A stretch of DNA of 64,000 bases from an uncultured Planctomycetia bacterium (GTDB lineage: Bacteria; Omnitrophota; Gorgyraeia; Tantalellales; Tantalellaceae). The stretch is taken from assembly GCA_964572255.1 (NCBI GenBank), contig CAZNEE010000002.1:36103-100102 (forward strand), written 5' to 3'. The translations under genes and the position numbers were made by a program. Positions 28,231 through 38,623 of this stretch are shown in pieces. How positions within the stretch are numbered: position 1 is the first letter of the stretch; the number at the start of each line of letters is the position of its first letter. Under the pieces are notes generated by a model that was not told where the DNA came from, searched no databases, and saw only the letters and a program-made list of their open reading frames with translations.

Positions 28231-29754
28231 TCAAGTTCTATCCGCGCCTTTGGGGCTGACCTTGATCGCCCTTTCGGGCCTTACGGGACACTTGTTCTGG
28301 CATATACCGCACCCGATACACAAATCCGGATCAACCCGGGGCTTGCCTATCAGTTCCCCGTCAACTCTTTCCCATTCGATCTTTATCGCTTTTTCAGCAA
28401 CCGGACAATGTTCTTCACACACAAGGCATTTCTGGTTATAAGCCCAGGCAATGCATGTTGAGTGATCAATACCGGCAATCCCGAGTTTTGTGTTCTGCTT
28501 CTTCGGCAAAGGAAGTTTCGGTATCGCGCCTGTCGGGCAAACGTCCCCGCATAAGGTACAGTTATATTCGCAATACCCTATTTCATTCACCAAGTGAGGC
28601 GTCCAGATGCCCCTGAGCCCGCACTGTAGTATTGCCGGCTGGAGGACATTCGTAGGACATACTTTCATGCAATTACCGCACCTGATGCAGCGGTCCATGA
28701 AATCCTCTTCCTTTAAAGCCCCCGGGGGCCTCGTAACAGGTCCGCAGATCTCTTTGCTTTTTCCAAAACGCCATCTGAATCCCAAAGCAAAAACTGAACA
28801 CGCCATTAGAAAAAGAAAGTCTTTCCTGGAAATCCCCCCCTTCTTTCCTTCGGCGGTATCTGTTGAAAGAGGTTTGCTTGATGCCTGAAAAGTGAATTTC
28901 GTTCCCTGCGCAGGGCATTCATAGATGCAGTCCATGCAGAGAATACACTCCCCTTTCATATAATCGGCATTCTCTTTTATCACTCCCATGCGGCATCTTT
29001 CAACACACTTGCCGCAAGTAGTGCATCCCGCATTTATGCGCCGCAGGAGCGAAAATCTTGCTGCAATCGAATATAACGCGCCTAACGGGCAAAGCGTCCT
29101 GCACCATGACCTTGAGATAAAGAGCGCTGCCGAACAAATCAAAAGAAAAACCAGAAATATTATCCCCGCATTAGCAAAATAAAATACTTTGACGCCTAAA
29201 AAAGAAGATTTAAGTGCGCGGTAAGCGTCATATACCGGACCGTATAAATTAAAGGTTTTTATAAGTATGATGAAAAACCTGTCGATCACAAGTGTCGCGG
29301 TCGGTATTAAATTCAAGGAAACAAATCTCGCCACAATGACCATTGGATCCAGGACCCATGCCAGTTGGATCCCAAAAAGAGCCCCCAGGAATACAGCGCC
29401 AAGTATAACGAACTTGGGTTTGCGCACTTTTTTATTTTGTCCATCGTTCAGGACCATTTTTCTTTTTTTCAGCGCGCCCGCGCAATCTATAAAAGTCCCT
29501 AAAGGACAAACCCACCCGCAATAAAACCTTCCGAAAATCAAAGTTAAAACAAGCATCGCTAAAGCGAAATATAATCCCGGCAAAAACAACCGTTCGCTTA
29601 TTGAGGTGAAGATCATGATGTTGGGATTTGTCCTGAAAAAAGTTTCAGGAGGAAGAAGTCCTTTTAAGGGATATGTAGTCGACCAAAGGATATACATGAA
29701 AAGCAGCAGGAAAAATGTTTGTGAGGCCTTTCGTGCAGTTACGAGTTTTTTCAT
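28231..29754 (-). CDS. Membrane polyferredoxin (NapH/MauN-like fused to NapG/MauM-like)
   Basis: GRFYCGWVCPLG, WCRTLCPLG, many CxxCxxCxxxCP motifs, RPPGA. Confidence 0.85.
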   Translation of the reverse strand: MKKLVTARKASQTFFLLLFMYILWSTTYPLKGLLPPETFFRTNPNIMIFTSISERLFLPGLYFALAMLVLTLIFGRFYCGWVCPLGTFIDCAGALKKRKMVLNDGQNKKVRKPKFVILGAVFLGALFGIQLAWVLDPMVIVARFVSLNLIPTATLVIDRFFIILIKTFNLYGPVYDAYRALKSSFLGVKVFYFANAGIIFLVFLLICSAALFISRSWCRTLCPLGALYSIAARFSLLRRINAGCTTCGKCVERCRMGVIKENADYMKGECILCMDCIYECPAQGTKFTFQASSKPLSTDTAEGKKGGISRKDFLFLMACSVFALGFRWRFGKSKEICGPVTRPPGALKEEDFMDRCIRCGNCMKVCPTNVLQPAILQCGLRGIWTPHLVNEIGYCEYNCTLCGDVCPTGAIPKLPLPKKQNTKLGIAGIDHSTCIAWAYNQKCLVCEEHCPVAEKAIKIEWERVDGELIGKPRVDPDLCIGCGICQNKCPVRPERAIKVSPKGADRT

Positions 29755-30734
29755 GAAAGTTTTATCTTTGATATTTTTGCTTTAGAGATATCAGTGCTGC
29801 CGAAACCGCGCTGGGCAGCGGCTTTTATGTAAGGTATCGATAACGGATCCCTTCCCACCAAGGTGCTTGCAAAAGAATCGGCAAGGGTCGGATCGGTCGC
29901 GACCAATACCTTATTCATTTTTAGAACATCAGCCAGACTGCCGCCGCTTGGGCCATGCCTTATGAGAACACGCGTAGCATCTATTACAGTTAAGTCCGGG
30001 CTTATAAAATCCGCGAGGTCCGCCAATTTCGGGCCGATGTTAACGTGTATCAGGCCTCTCGTTCCGCTGCATACACCCATGAGGTTCTTCATTGAAAGCG
30101 TAAGCCCTGTTAAACTGTGATGTTTAAGCACGGGCACATTTATGAACTTATCGCACACTACAGCGTCTCTAAGGATCGGCCAGCCTTCCATCTGGCTTTT
30201 GTACGGAAAATGCGCTCTTACAATATTCCAGTGATCCGCAAAATATACATACGCGCCTTTTTCTTTAGCGGCTTGGGCTATGCCGCTATTTTTATAGCAT
30301 CTTGCATCTTCGTTGCATGGTATATCAAATACATTTACCCTTTTCGCCCCTGCTTTATACGCAAGCTCAACTAATGCGGCAACTACCTTTGGATCGGTAT
30401 TCGCCGCCTGTTCCGGCGTGCGGTCCCAGGCTATGTTAGGCTTTACCACAACAACATCGCCTTTTTTAATGAATTTCTTCATACCGCCCATTTCTTCAAC
30501 GGCCCTGACCGTATTCACATATGGATCATTGCCTTCAGCTTCCACAAGATCATATTTTCCTTTTACTTTGCTTTTCGGCCTGCCGTCTGAAGGTTTTGAT
30601 CTGGCAAACGCATACTTTAGGAACGAGTTGTATGAAATGAAGGAAAGCAGTCCGCCCAGGAGAATTTTCAGGAAGTTTCGGCGTGTGATCTGCTTTTTCA
30701 GATAAGATTCCAGATTATATAAGAATTTTTCCAT
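29751..30734 (-). CDS. Tat-exported DUF362 protein
   Basis: TRRNFLK twin-arginine motif; VVVKPN, NVPVLKHH, TLSMKNLMG. Confidence 0.85.
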   Translation of the reverse strand: MEKFLYNLESYLKKQITRRNFLKILLGGLLSFISYNSFLKYAFARSKPSDGRPKSKVKGKYDLVEAEGNDPYVNTVRAVEEMGGMKKFIKKGDVVVVKPNIAWDRTPEQAANTDPKVVAALVELAYKAGAKRVNVFDIPCNEDARCYKNSGIAQAAKEKGAYVYFADHWNIVRAHFPYKSQMEGWPILRDAVVCDKFINVPVLKHHSLTGLTLSMKNLMGVCSGTRGLIHVNIGPKLADLADFISPDLTVIDATRVLIRHGPSGGSLADVLKMNKVLVATDPTLADSFASTLVGRDPLSIPYIKAAAQRGFGSTDISKAKISKIKLS

Positions 30735-31136
30735 CTATGAAAAACTCCAGGGCCACTTCACGCAAGAATCTATCTCGGGAAAAACCACGTAATCAGCCTT
30801 GCCTATAAAAGACAAAGTTTTAACATCGAGATCTTTTAAAAGTTTTTTCGCTTCTTCCATTGTTTTTCCGGACATTGACGCGTCATCGACTAAAAGGACT
30901 TTCTTTACATTTTTCGGAATTTTAAATTCCCCGACACGAACAGGCTTCTCATGGATGGGTTTATTGTCTTTACCGCGGTATTGAAACCGGATAGTTTCTC
31001 TCTCACAGTCTATCCTTTCAGCGACAAGTGCCGCCGGGACAACTCCTCCATCACCAATACCGACAACCAGATCTGCCTTAGGCAGTTCCATACTATCGAG
31101 CTTTTGGAGTATCTCCATAATATTCAGCTCTATCAT
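30735..31136 (-). CDS. Type I phosphoribosyltransferase (purine-salvage-like)
   Basis: VLLVDDASMSGKT PRPP-binding motif; C-terminal VKWPW. Confidence 0.8.
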   Translation of the reverse strand: MIELNIMEILQKLDSMELPKADLVVGIGDGGVVPAALVAERIDCERETIRFQYRGKDNKPIHEKPVRVGEFKIPKNVKKVLLVDDASMSGKTMEEAKKLLKDLDVKTLSFIGKADYVVFPEIDSCVKWPWSFS

Positions 31137-31696
31137 ATGCCCACTCTTTTTTTAAACACAACTAATATCCAATTAACAATAAGAAGCATGACAATGCCAG
31201 GAAGGCCCGTAAAAACTGATCTTAGAAAAAACGCCATGCCGGACGCTTGAGCTCCGGCGAAACTCGGAACAATGCCGAAAATAACACTGGATAGGAACTT
31301 GGCCGCCAAGTAAGACAGGGGGGCAGTCGCGATAAAATTCCTCCAACGCGAATATACAGCGCTCGAAAGGATAGTAAAAATTGCCATCTCTATCGTCAGC
31401 ATCATCACAACATCCGGTGCCGGCATGCCGGTTATGACGGAATTGACAACGGGGGCCAGAAGTCCGGCAATTATCCCCACGCGAGGCCTGCAAAGAACGA
31501 TCCCGACAAACGGCGCGTAGAATATCGGCAGCAGCATCGCTCCTATCGGCACTTCCCCGGAAAAAGGTATTAAATGGAATAATACCGGCAGCAAGCTCGC
31601 ACCGGCAAGGACCAGAAAAGTATTTTTTACGTCAATTGCCACTCTTCTATAGACCGCTATATCCTGCTCGCCTTTCATGAATTCCGATCCCCTCAT
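31133..31696 (-). CDS. ECF transporter S-component-like membrane protein
   Basis: LP..FH, G...LPIF, P..N...TGMP, GLPGI. Confidence 0.65.
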   Translation of the reverse strand: MRGSEFMKGEQDIAVYRRVAIDVKNTFLVLAGASLLPVLFHLIPFSGEVPIGAMLLPIFYAPFVGIVLCRPRVGIIAGLLAPVVNSVITGMPAPDVVMMLTIEMAIFTILSSAVYSRWRNFIATAPLSYLAAKFLSSVIFGIVPSFAGAQASGMAFFLRSVFTGLPGIVMLLIVNWILVVFKKRVGI

Positions 31697-31843
31697 TTAC
31701 CGCTTCCATCCTCTCATCCAAATAAGGATGACTGAAAAAATATAATCCTTATACTCTTAATAATAATAGCACGGCCGAAAGCCATTCATAAAAAGTATAC
31801 ACTGCATATATGAATTTTCAAATGGCAATGCCTGATGCTGCGA

Positions 31844-33007
31844 TTATTTTCCGTATGGAGAGATCTCCCGCAGTCTGGCGATGACTTTTGGAAGGTTTTC
31901 TATGATCTGATCGACGTCTTCCTCATCATTATACCTGCTGAGGCTGAACCGTATCGATCCCTGGATAAAAGTGAACGGTATGCCCATCGCCTGCAATACA
32001 TGCGACGGCGATAACGAGCCTGACGTGCACGCGGACCCGGATGATGCCGCGATATTTTTTTCATCAAGCATTAAAAGTATCGCTTCGCCCTCTATGAATT
32101 CAAACCCTATATTGGTGGTATTGGGAAGCCTGTTTTCTCTTGTGCCGTTAACTCTTGCATCCGGTATTTTCTCTAAAATCTCATTTTCCAATTTATCGCG
32201 CAGACCCTTTATGCGGGTTCTCTCTTCTTCAAATGTTTTCATCGCAAGTTCGCATGCCGTACCAAACCCGACAATTGACGCTACATTTTCGGTACCGCCG
32301 CGCCTGTTATGCTCCTGATGCCCGCCGATCAAAAACGGGGTGAATTTTGTCCCCTTTCTCACATAAAGCGCTCCCACACCTTTCGGCGCGTGCAGCTTGT
32401 GACCTGAAAGCGCCAAAAGATCGACCGGAAGTTGCGTCATCTTAAAGGGTATTTTACCTGCAGCCTGCACCCCATCGGTATGAAATACCACATCTCTCAC
32501 TCTCGCGATCTCAGCGATCTGGTCAACAGGAAAGACCACACCCGTTTCGTTATTCGCATACATTATCGAAATAATAGCCGTATCGGGGTCGATCGATGCT
32601 TTCAGCTCATTAAGGTCGATCATACCCTCATTGTTTACATTCAGATATGTTACTCTGTAACCCACAGTTTCAAGATATTTGCATAGATTAAGCACGGCTG
32701 CATGCTCGACTTTAGTTGTTATAATGTGTCTTTTTTCGGGATAGGATCTAAGCGTGCTGATGATAGCAGTGTTGTCGCTTTCGGTACCGCAGCTTGTAAA
32801 AATGATCTCTTGAGGGTCATTCGCACCGATAAGTTTTGCCACACTTTCTCTTGCCGAATCTATATGTTTTGCGACATTTCCGCCGAATGTATGCATACTG
32901 GAAGGATTCCCGTACCTATCCGTAAGGAACGGCTTCATGGCCTCAAACACTTCAGGCGCTGCCATTGTTGTGGCGTTATTGTCAGCATACACTACTTTTT
33001 TATTCAC
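31844..33007 (-). CDS. nifS: Cysteine desulfurase NifS
   Basis: YADNNATT, SGHKLHAPKG, SSGSACTS; GTG start 33007 overlaps the nifU stop. Confidence 0.92.
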   Translation of the reverse strand: MNKKVVYADNNATTMAAPEVFEAMKPFLTDRYGNPSSMHTFGGNVAKHIDSARESVAKLIGANDPQEIIFTSCGTESDNTAIISTLRSYPEKRHIITTKVEHAAVLNLCKYLETVGYRVTYLNVNNEGMIDLNELKASIDPDTAIISIMYANNETGVVFPVDQIAEIARVRDVVFHTDGVQAAGKIPFKMTQLPVDLLALSGHKLHAPKGVGALYVRKGTKFTPFLIGGHQEHNRRGGTENVASIVGFGTACELAMKTFEEERTRIKGLRDKLENEILEKIPDARVNGTRENRLPNTTNIGFEFIEGEAILLMLDEKNIAASSGSACTSGSLSPSHVLQAMGIPFTFIQGSIRFSLSRYNDEEDVDQIIENLPKVIARLREISPYGK

Positions 33008-33864
33008 TCTTTTACTTCCTCCACTTCGATATTCTCGTCCACGACCTCTTTGAGCTTTTTCTCGAGGAACCCCTTTAACGTTATCCCCGAACCGGGACAT
33101 CCCACGCACGCGCCCAAAAATCTTACATAAACCTTGTCCCGGTCAATGTCTACAAGTTTAATATCGCCGCCGTCTCTTTTGAGGTGAGGCCGGATCTCTT
33201 CCTCTATGACTTTTTTCACCAGCTCTATCTTCTCTAAATTCGTGAGTTTCTTGTGCTCGTGTTCAACTCCTGCCCGAGCGCCTTTCGTGGCTTCCTTCTG
33301 CCAGAACTCATCAAGAAGTTTTTGTATCTCCGGCTTGCATTTACCGCATCCGCCGCCGGCTTTCGTAAAGTTGGTAACCTCTTCAACCGTTTTCAGGCTG
33401 TTCTCTTTTATTGCACGGATTATCTTTTTATCCGTTACGCTGAAGCACTTGCAGATTATTTTCTCCTCTTCAACAGTCCCTTTCTTAACGGGTGTACCGC
33501 GATAATTGGCTATCGCTTTCTCAAGCGCTTCCATGCCCATGACCGAGCAATGCATCTTCTCATCGGGAAGCCCTCCCAAATAATCCGCTATATCCTTATT
33601 GGTTATTTTTGAAGCTTCTTCGACCGTCTTCCCCTTGATCATTTCGGTCAAAACCGAAGAAGAAGCTATGGCGCTGGCGCAGCCGAACGTCTGAAATTTG
33701 GCATCCATTATGACATCGGTTTTCTTGTCTATTTTTAACGTCAATTTAAGGGCATCTCCGCAAACAATGTTGCCTACCTCACCGACCGCATCTGGATCTT
33801 CTATCTCGCCCACATTGCGGGGATTTTTGAAGTGCTCCATCATTTTCTCTGTGTAATTCCACAT
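33004..33864 (-). CDS. nifU: Fe-S scaffold NifU (IscU + BFD-like + Nfu domains)
   Basis: CGD, FGC, KMHCS; CKC...GGGCGKC; GACVGC. Confidence 0.92.
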   Translation of the reverse strand: MWNYTEKMMEHFKNPRNVGEIEDPDAVGEVGNIVCGDALKLTLKIDKKTDVIMDAKFQTFGCASAIASSSVLTEMIKGKTVEEASKITNKDIADYLGGLPDEKMHCSVMGMEALEKAIANYRGTPVKKGTVEEEKIICKCFSVTDKKIIRAIKENSLKTVEEVTNFTKAGGGCGKCKPEIQKLLDEFWQKEATKGARAGVEHEHKKLTNLEKIELVKKVIEEEIRPHLKRDGGDIKLVDIDRDKVYVRFLGACVGCPGSGITLKGFLEKKLKEVVDENIEVEEVKE

Positions 33865-33878
33865 ATATCTCCCTGACC

Positions 33879-34772
33879 TCAATAGATTATACTATACAAA
33901 TATCCAAGAATCACTGAAAGAATACATATCGAACTGATATAAAAAGAAAGTATCTTTATGCCGAATTCTTTTCTTAACACCAGGATCGTGCCGTAACTTG
34001 TTATAGGCCCGACCAGAAGCAAAACTAATCCGGCGCCTACATTCATTCCATGGCCGATCAAAGCATCGATCAGCGGCACGCTTGCCGTTGAACAAAAATA
34101 CATTACGAGCCCGAAAATAATACTGACGGGATATGCCCAAAGACCCGAAAGATAAAGTTTAATAAGTTTCCCCAAAGGGATAAAAGCGGTCACAAATGCT
34201 GCCAATATTAATCCAAGTAAGATCTCAAGCCCGATCTCTCTTGGCATGTCCCAAAAAGCGAATTTTAGGATAGACTTTATCTTCGCCCTCATATTCGCTT
34301 TATGTTCGCAATGATGCATTGCTTCTCCGCATTCCGGACAAACTTCTTCCTTCATCTTTTTTGGTTCATATTTAAAAAAGTTTCCCAGAAGCCCCGTTAT
34401 CACGCCCATGATAATTACTGAGAAAAATATATACACGGTAAATGCCGGGCCCAAAAGACGGTAAGCTACGACCAAAGCGCTTATGGAAGTTGCCGGGGTC
34501 GCCACTAGAAAGGCCAGGATCGGTCCGAGCCGGGCGCCTTTTTTGTAAAAGCTTATAGCTACGGGTAAGGATCCCCAACAGCATATAGGAAGCATTGTCC
34601 CGACGATCGTTGAATAGAAAATGGGCCTTATGCTGCCTTTTCCCAGATATTTCTCCACCCATTCGGTGCGGACAAATTCATGGACTACACCGCTCAGCAG
34701 AAAACCTACCGCTAATGCCGGCACGACCTCTATAAGGTAATGTTTAAATGAATGTATCAGCTGAATGAACAT
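33879..34772 (-). CDS. DUF318/ArsP_1-type permease
   Basis: LPICCWG, AFLVATP, YFCSTAS; central CxxC/His loop. Confidence 0.8.
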   Translation of the reverse strand: MFIQLIHSFKHYLIEVVPALAVGFLLSGVVHEFVRTEWVEKYLGKGSIRPIFYSTIVGTMLPICCWGSLPVAISFYKKGARLGPILAFLVATPATSISALVVAYRLLGPAFTVYIFFSVIIMGVITGLLGNFFKYEPKKMKEEVCPECGEAMHHCEHKANMRAKIKSILKFAFWDMPREIGLEILLGLILAAFVTAFIPLGKLIKLYLSGLWAYPVSIIFGLVMYFCSTASVPLIDALIGHGMNVGAGLVLLLVGPITSYGTILVLRKEFGIKILSFYISSICILSVILGYLYSIIY

Positions 34773-34809
34773 AATAATTCCTTATATATTACATATTCAT
34801 CTTGCGATG

Positions 34810-35427
34810 TCAAACAAATTGCTGGCCATTTGCAACGTATTCCAATATCACGTCGGCCTGCTTGGATGCGGCAACATTTACTTTGGGCGATGCGGGGGGC
34901 ATGTCCTTAACATCAGATTCCAGATCTCCTATAATTATCAGATTCTCTTTTACCCTATGCACTCTTATACTGTCGCTATCGCCGAATCCTGCGAGGCCTG
35001 AAGCGGAGACGATCATCTTTTTTGTCTCTAAAAGATTAGAGACTAACATCTTTTTCGCCTCCGCCTTATCGAATGCTTCAACAACAATATCGCAATCATC
35101 GAAAAACTCCCGGACATTTGACTCATTGATCCTGCTCTTCGTGATCTCCACTTCAATGTCAGGGTTTATCCTCTCCAGATTTATTTTTAGCGATTCGACC
35201 TTACTTCTCCCTATCTGGTCGAAAAAATAGAATTGCCTGTTAAGATTCGAATGGTCAATTGTATCGAAATCAATTATTTTAAATCTTTTAAATCCCGCTC
35301 TGACAAGATTGGAAGCGCAATTTGAGCCTAACCCTCCGGCGCCCGCTATCCCGATCTTGACAGATCGGACTTTATCGAAAACTTCTCTCCCTAACTGTGC
35401 TAAAACTTTTTCCTCAAAAATATTCAT
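34810..35427 (-). CDS. thiF: Sulfur carrier adenylyltransferase ThiF
   Basis: GAGGLGS, SNLNRQ, EAFD; TAATG overlap with the thiH stop. Confidence 0.9.
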   Translation of the reverse strand: MNIFEEKVLAQLGREVFDKVRSVKIGIAGAGGLGSNCASNLVRAGFKRFKIIDFDTIDHSNLNRQFYFFDQIGRSKVESLKINLERINPDIEVEITKSRINESNVREFFDDCDIVVEAFDKAEAKKMLVSNLLETKKMIVSASGLAGFGDSDSIRVHRVKENLIIIGDLESDVKDMPPASPKVNVAASKQADVILEYVANGQQFV

Positions 35428-36533
35428 TAGATCTCCATCCAATCTTTAAATACGGGCTGATAACCTTTTAGCAGCAGCATATTTTTAATTTCCGCAACAT
35501 CTCTCTCGTCCGATATTTCAAATTGCACCGGATTAGTACTATCCCCGTATGTATGTCCGCCAACCGCGGTCGTTGATCCGGCCGAAATTTTTGTGACGCC
35601 CAAGGGAATAAGATTTTCACGCAGTTTGGCATTTTCTCGGGTCGATAAAGTGATCCCCAGTCTCGGAAGAAAGATACGCAAAGCCAGTATGATCTGGACT
35701 ATGTTCTTGTCCGTCACGTTATGCTTCGGCTTGAAATTGTCTGTCTGCGGTCTGATCCTCGGTACCGATATGCTGAAATCTATATCGGAATATTTATTCT
35801 GCAAGTACTCGGCATGAAGTCCGGTAAAGAACGCTTCCTTCCTCCAGTCATTAAGCCCCAATAATGCTCCGATATTTATAAATCGCATGCCCCGCTTCGC
35901 GGCTCTTTCCGGAGCATCCAGCCTGAACAGATAATTTTTTTTCGGGCCTGAAGGATGCATCCTCTTGTATATTTCTTCATCATAGGTCTCCTGATAGATC
36001 GTAAAACCGTCAACTCCTTCTTTTACCAGATCACCGTATTCATCTTCATTGAGCGCGTAAATTTCTATGGATATGGAACTAAAGAATTTTTTCAGGATCC
36101 GTACGCATTCTTTTATATAGGATACCGGACTTTCTTCTCTTGATCCCCCTGTCAAAACGAGGACATGTTTTAATCCCGTGGACGCAATGAAAGAAGCTTC
36201 CTTCTCCACTTCTTCAAAGGTAAGTTTTTTTCTTTCAATTATACTCTTCGCGTTAAAACCGCAATAAAGGCACTCATTATCACAGTAATTTGAAAGATAC
36301 ATAGGCGTATACAGCTGGATCGTCCTTCCGAAATATTGCAGGGTTAATGCATGCGCTTTTTGCGCTATTTCCTCAAGATGTGCTTCCGCTTTCGGCGATA
36401 ATAACGAAAGAAACTCTTCAAAACTTGATTTTTCGGATCGCAAAGCTCCCGCGATATCTTCATCAGTAACATCCGAAAGAAAATTCTCCAGATCCAGATC
36501 CTTATATCTCGTGTAAATATCGTAAAAACTCAT
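35427..36533 (-). CDS. thiH: 2-iminoacetate synthase (radical SAM)
   Basis: [18 protein letters not shown]. Confidence 0.93.
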   Translation of the reverse strand: MSFYDIYTRYKDLDLENFLSDVTDEDIAGALRSEKSSFEEFLSLLSPKAEAHLEEIAQKAHALTLQYFGRTIQLYTPMYLSNYCDNECLYCGFNAKSIIERKKLTFEEVEKEASFIASTGLKHVLVLTGGSREESPVSYIKECVRILKKFFSSISIEIYALNEDEYGDLVKEGVDGFTIYQETYDEEIYKRMHPSGPKKNYLFRLDAPERAAKRGMRFINIGALLGLNDWRKEAFFTGLHAEYLQNKYSDIDFSISVPRIRPQTDNFKPKHNVTDKNIVQIILALRIFLPRLGITLSTRENAKLRENLIPLGVTKISAGSTTAVGGHTYGDSTNPVQFEISDERDVAEIKNMLLLKGYQPVFKDWMEI

Positions 36534-37306
36534 TTCTCGTCCCGTAAAAATCCGGTTAAAGGCGATGATGCGCTTGCGATCTCCGAAGTTTCGCCTGTTC
36601 CTGAAGTATACGCAAGCCTTCCTGCTTTTACCGCCGCGCTGAATGCGCGCGCCATGTTCACCGGATCTTTTGCCGTAGCTATGGCGGTATTTACAAGTAC
36701 CGCATCACAGCCAAGTTCCATGCAGCGAACGGCATCTGACGGTCTTCCAAGCCCCGCATCAACTATAACAGGCACATCTATCTCGTCCACCATGATCTTT
36801 ACCAGTTCTTCTGTTTTTATTCCCCTGTTACTCCCAATGGGTGAACCCAGCGGCATGACTGCCGCGGCGCCTGCCTCAGCCATTCGTTTGGCAGATGCAA
36901 GATCCGGGCTCATATATGGTAGAACTATAAACCCTTCACTTACAAGTACTTGTGTAGCTTTTAATGTTTCCATGTTATCCGGAAGCAAATATTTATTGTC
37001 GTTGATCACTTCGATCTTTATCCAATCTCCGCACCCGGATGCCCTTGCAAGTCTGGCTATTCTCACAGCTTCTTCCGCATTTCTCGCGCCTGAAGTATTG
37101 GGCATGAGAATGCGATCCTCAGGAATATAATTCAGCACGTTTTCTTCATCAGCTTCTGCATCAACTCTTCTTAACGCTACAGTAACAACATCGACTTCGG
37201 AAGCTTCCAGGACATCTTTTATTATGGGTTTGTTCGGGAACTTTCCGGTACCTATAAATAATCTGTTCTTGATTATTTTATCGCCTATACGCAAAAAATC
37301 TTCCAT
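36530..37306 (-). CDS. thiG: Thiazole synthase
   Basis: [25 protein letters not shown]. Confidence 0.95.
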   Translation of the reverse strand: MEDFLRIGDKIIKNRLFIGTGKFPNKPIIKDVLEASEVDVVTVALRRVDAEADEENVLNYIPEDRILMPNTSGARNAEEAVRIARLARASGCGDWIKIEVINDNKYLLPDNMETLKATQVLVSEGFIVLPYMSPDLASAKRMAEAGAAAVMPLGSPIGSNRGIKTEELVKIMVDEIDVPVIVDAGLGRPSDAVRCMELGCDAVLVNTAIATAKDPVNMARAFSAAVKAGRLAYTSGTGETSEIASASSPLTGFLRDEK

Positions 37307-37309
37307 ACA

Positions 37310-37510
37310 TCATCCTCCTCCTACAAAACTTACAATTTCTATATTGTCTTCTTCTTTCAGGATTATCGCTTCCCATTTTTCTTTCGGTATGATCTCGAAA
37401 TTATGTTCAATGACTATTGCGTCTTGGTTTAATCCTCGATCGGCAACTAATTCAAAAAGATTAGTTGCGGCATTTATTTCATTTTCTTTACCATTTATTT
37501 TTATCAGCAT
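37310..37510 (-). CDS. thiS: Sulfur carrier protein ThiS
   Basis: 66 aa ending FVGGG. Confidence 0.95.
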   Translation of the reverse strand: MLIKINGKENEINAATNLFELVADRGLNQDAIVIEHNFEIIPKEKWEAIILKEEDNIEIVSFVGGG

Positions 37511-37511
37511 C

Positions 37512-38156
37512 TTAACTCTCCGGCTTATACATGTTAATCCGCTCTTTAAATTCTTTGACTTTTGATCTCACATCCGGAGCTTGAACTATAGCTCGTATAC
37601 TGGCTATATTCTTTGCTCCTCTTTCCAGTACAAGATCTATATTATCCAGATCTATGCCTCCTATAAAAATCACCGGCTTATTCGAAGTAGCTGCCGCTTT
37701 TTCTATATTTTCCGTGCCGATAGAATAATCTTTTGTTAAAGTGCTGAATATAGGGCCGAATGCTATATAGTTACAGTTATTTTTCTCTGCCCTTTGCAAT
37801 TCTTCAAGCGAATGTGTTGAAACCCCTATTAATTTATCCTCCCCGATGATCTTTCGTGTCTCATCCAGGGGAAATCTTTCCATATCTTCCTGCCCGAGAT
37901 GAACTCCGTCAGCATCAACTGCTTTTGCCAGATGCGGATCATCGTTGACAATGAATATAATATTATTTTTCCTGCACAATGCTGCCAACTTCCTGCCTAA
38001 CGAGATCAATTCTTCCCGGGAAGCATGTTTTTCCCTCATCTGCAGGATATCAATGCCGCCGGCGATCGCCTCTTCAACGATCTCATATGTACTCCTGCCG
38101 TTCGCATATTCTGCACTTGTCACTAAATATAAGCTGTAATCCTTAATTTTCTTCAT
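37512..38156 (-). CDS. thiE: Thiamine-phosphate synthase
   Basis: QMREK, VNDD, GVHLGQED, GVSTH. Confidence 0.95.
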   Translation of the reverse strand: MKKIKDYSLYLVTSAEYANGRSTYEIVEEAIAGGIDILQMREKHASREELISLGRKLAALCRKNNIIFIVNDDPHLAKAVDADGVHLGQEDMERFPLDETRKIIGEDKLIGVSTHSLEELQRAEKNNCNYIAFGPIFSTLTKDYSIGTENIEKAAATSNKPVIFIGGIDLDNIDLVLERGAKNIASIRAIVQAPDVRSKVKEFKERINMYKPES

Positions 38157-38163
38157 CTTTAAA

Positions 38164-38191
38164 TAAAAAACCCATGCAAGCGCATGGGTTT
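38164..38191 (-). terminator. Attenuator terminator of the TPP riboswitch
   Basis: AAACCCATGC-GCTT-GCATGGGTTTTTT just upstream of thiE. Confidence 0.8.
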
Positions 38192-38205
38192 AAATACTTT
38201 TTCTA

Positions 38206-38291
38206 TCTCCCTACGCTGGCATTACCCAGATCAGGTTATACAGGTCTTCCGCTCGAGCGGAACTCTCAGGGCGTCGCACGCCCTCCCTGGA
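38206..38291 (-). ncRNA. TPP riboswitch aptamer
   Basis: GGGAG...CTGAGA...ACCTGATCTGGGTAATGCCAGCGTAGGGA consensus upstream of the thi operon. Confidence 0.95.
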
Positions 38292-38308
38292 TAAATATGT
38301 CAGCTAAA

Positions 38309-38337
38309 ATTATACAAAAGTTGACAATTATGGTCAA
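38309..38337 (-). promoter_or_regulatory. Sigma70-type promoter of the thi operon, with overlapping inverted repeat
   Basis: TTGACC-17 nt-TATAAT; AGTTGAC-N7-GTCAACT palindrome covers the -35. Confidence 0.75.
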
Positions 38338-38615
38338 CTATATTTTACGGAAAAGGTATCGTATTCACCTTTGTATCTTTCATTCTTTACATCAACATCT
38401 TCGACTCGTGCCGAAGGAGGTCCTTTGTAGCACCATTCTACCATTCTATCAACATCTTTCTTCTCGCCTTCAAACACGGCCTCAACGTTGCCGTCCCACC
38501 GGTTCATGACCCAACCGGTCAATCCTAAGCTGCGCGCCATCTCCTGGGTATATGACCTGAAAAAGACACCTTGCACCATCCCTGAAATTACAACATGCGC
38601 CCTAGCGTCTTTCAT
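38334..38615 (-). CDS. acyP: Acylphosphatase
   Basis: VQGVFFR and GWVMN..DG.VE. Confidence 0.92.
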   Translation of the reverse strand: MKDARAHVVISGMVQGVFFRSYTQEMARSLGLTGWVMNRWDGNVEAVFEGEKKDVDRMVEWCYKGPPSARVEDVDVKNERYKGEYDTFSVKYS

Positions 38616-38623
38616 GCAAATCC

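Noticed and set aside
33008-33109. N-terminal extension of NifS (similarly for ansB, the site-2 protease, thiF and guaA)
   Set aside because: Extensions overlap upstream genes; downstream starts with an SD or stop-start coupling fit better
31844-33864. Nitrogen fixation cluster
   Set aside because: No nifHDK or other nif genes; NifSU alone is a general Fe-S system in many anaerobes
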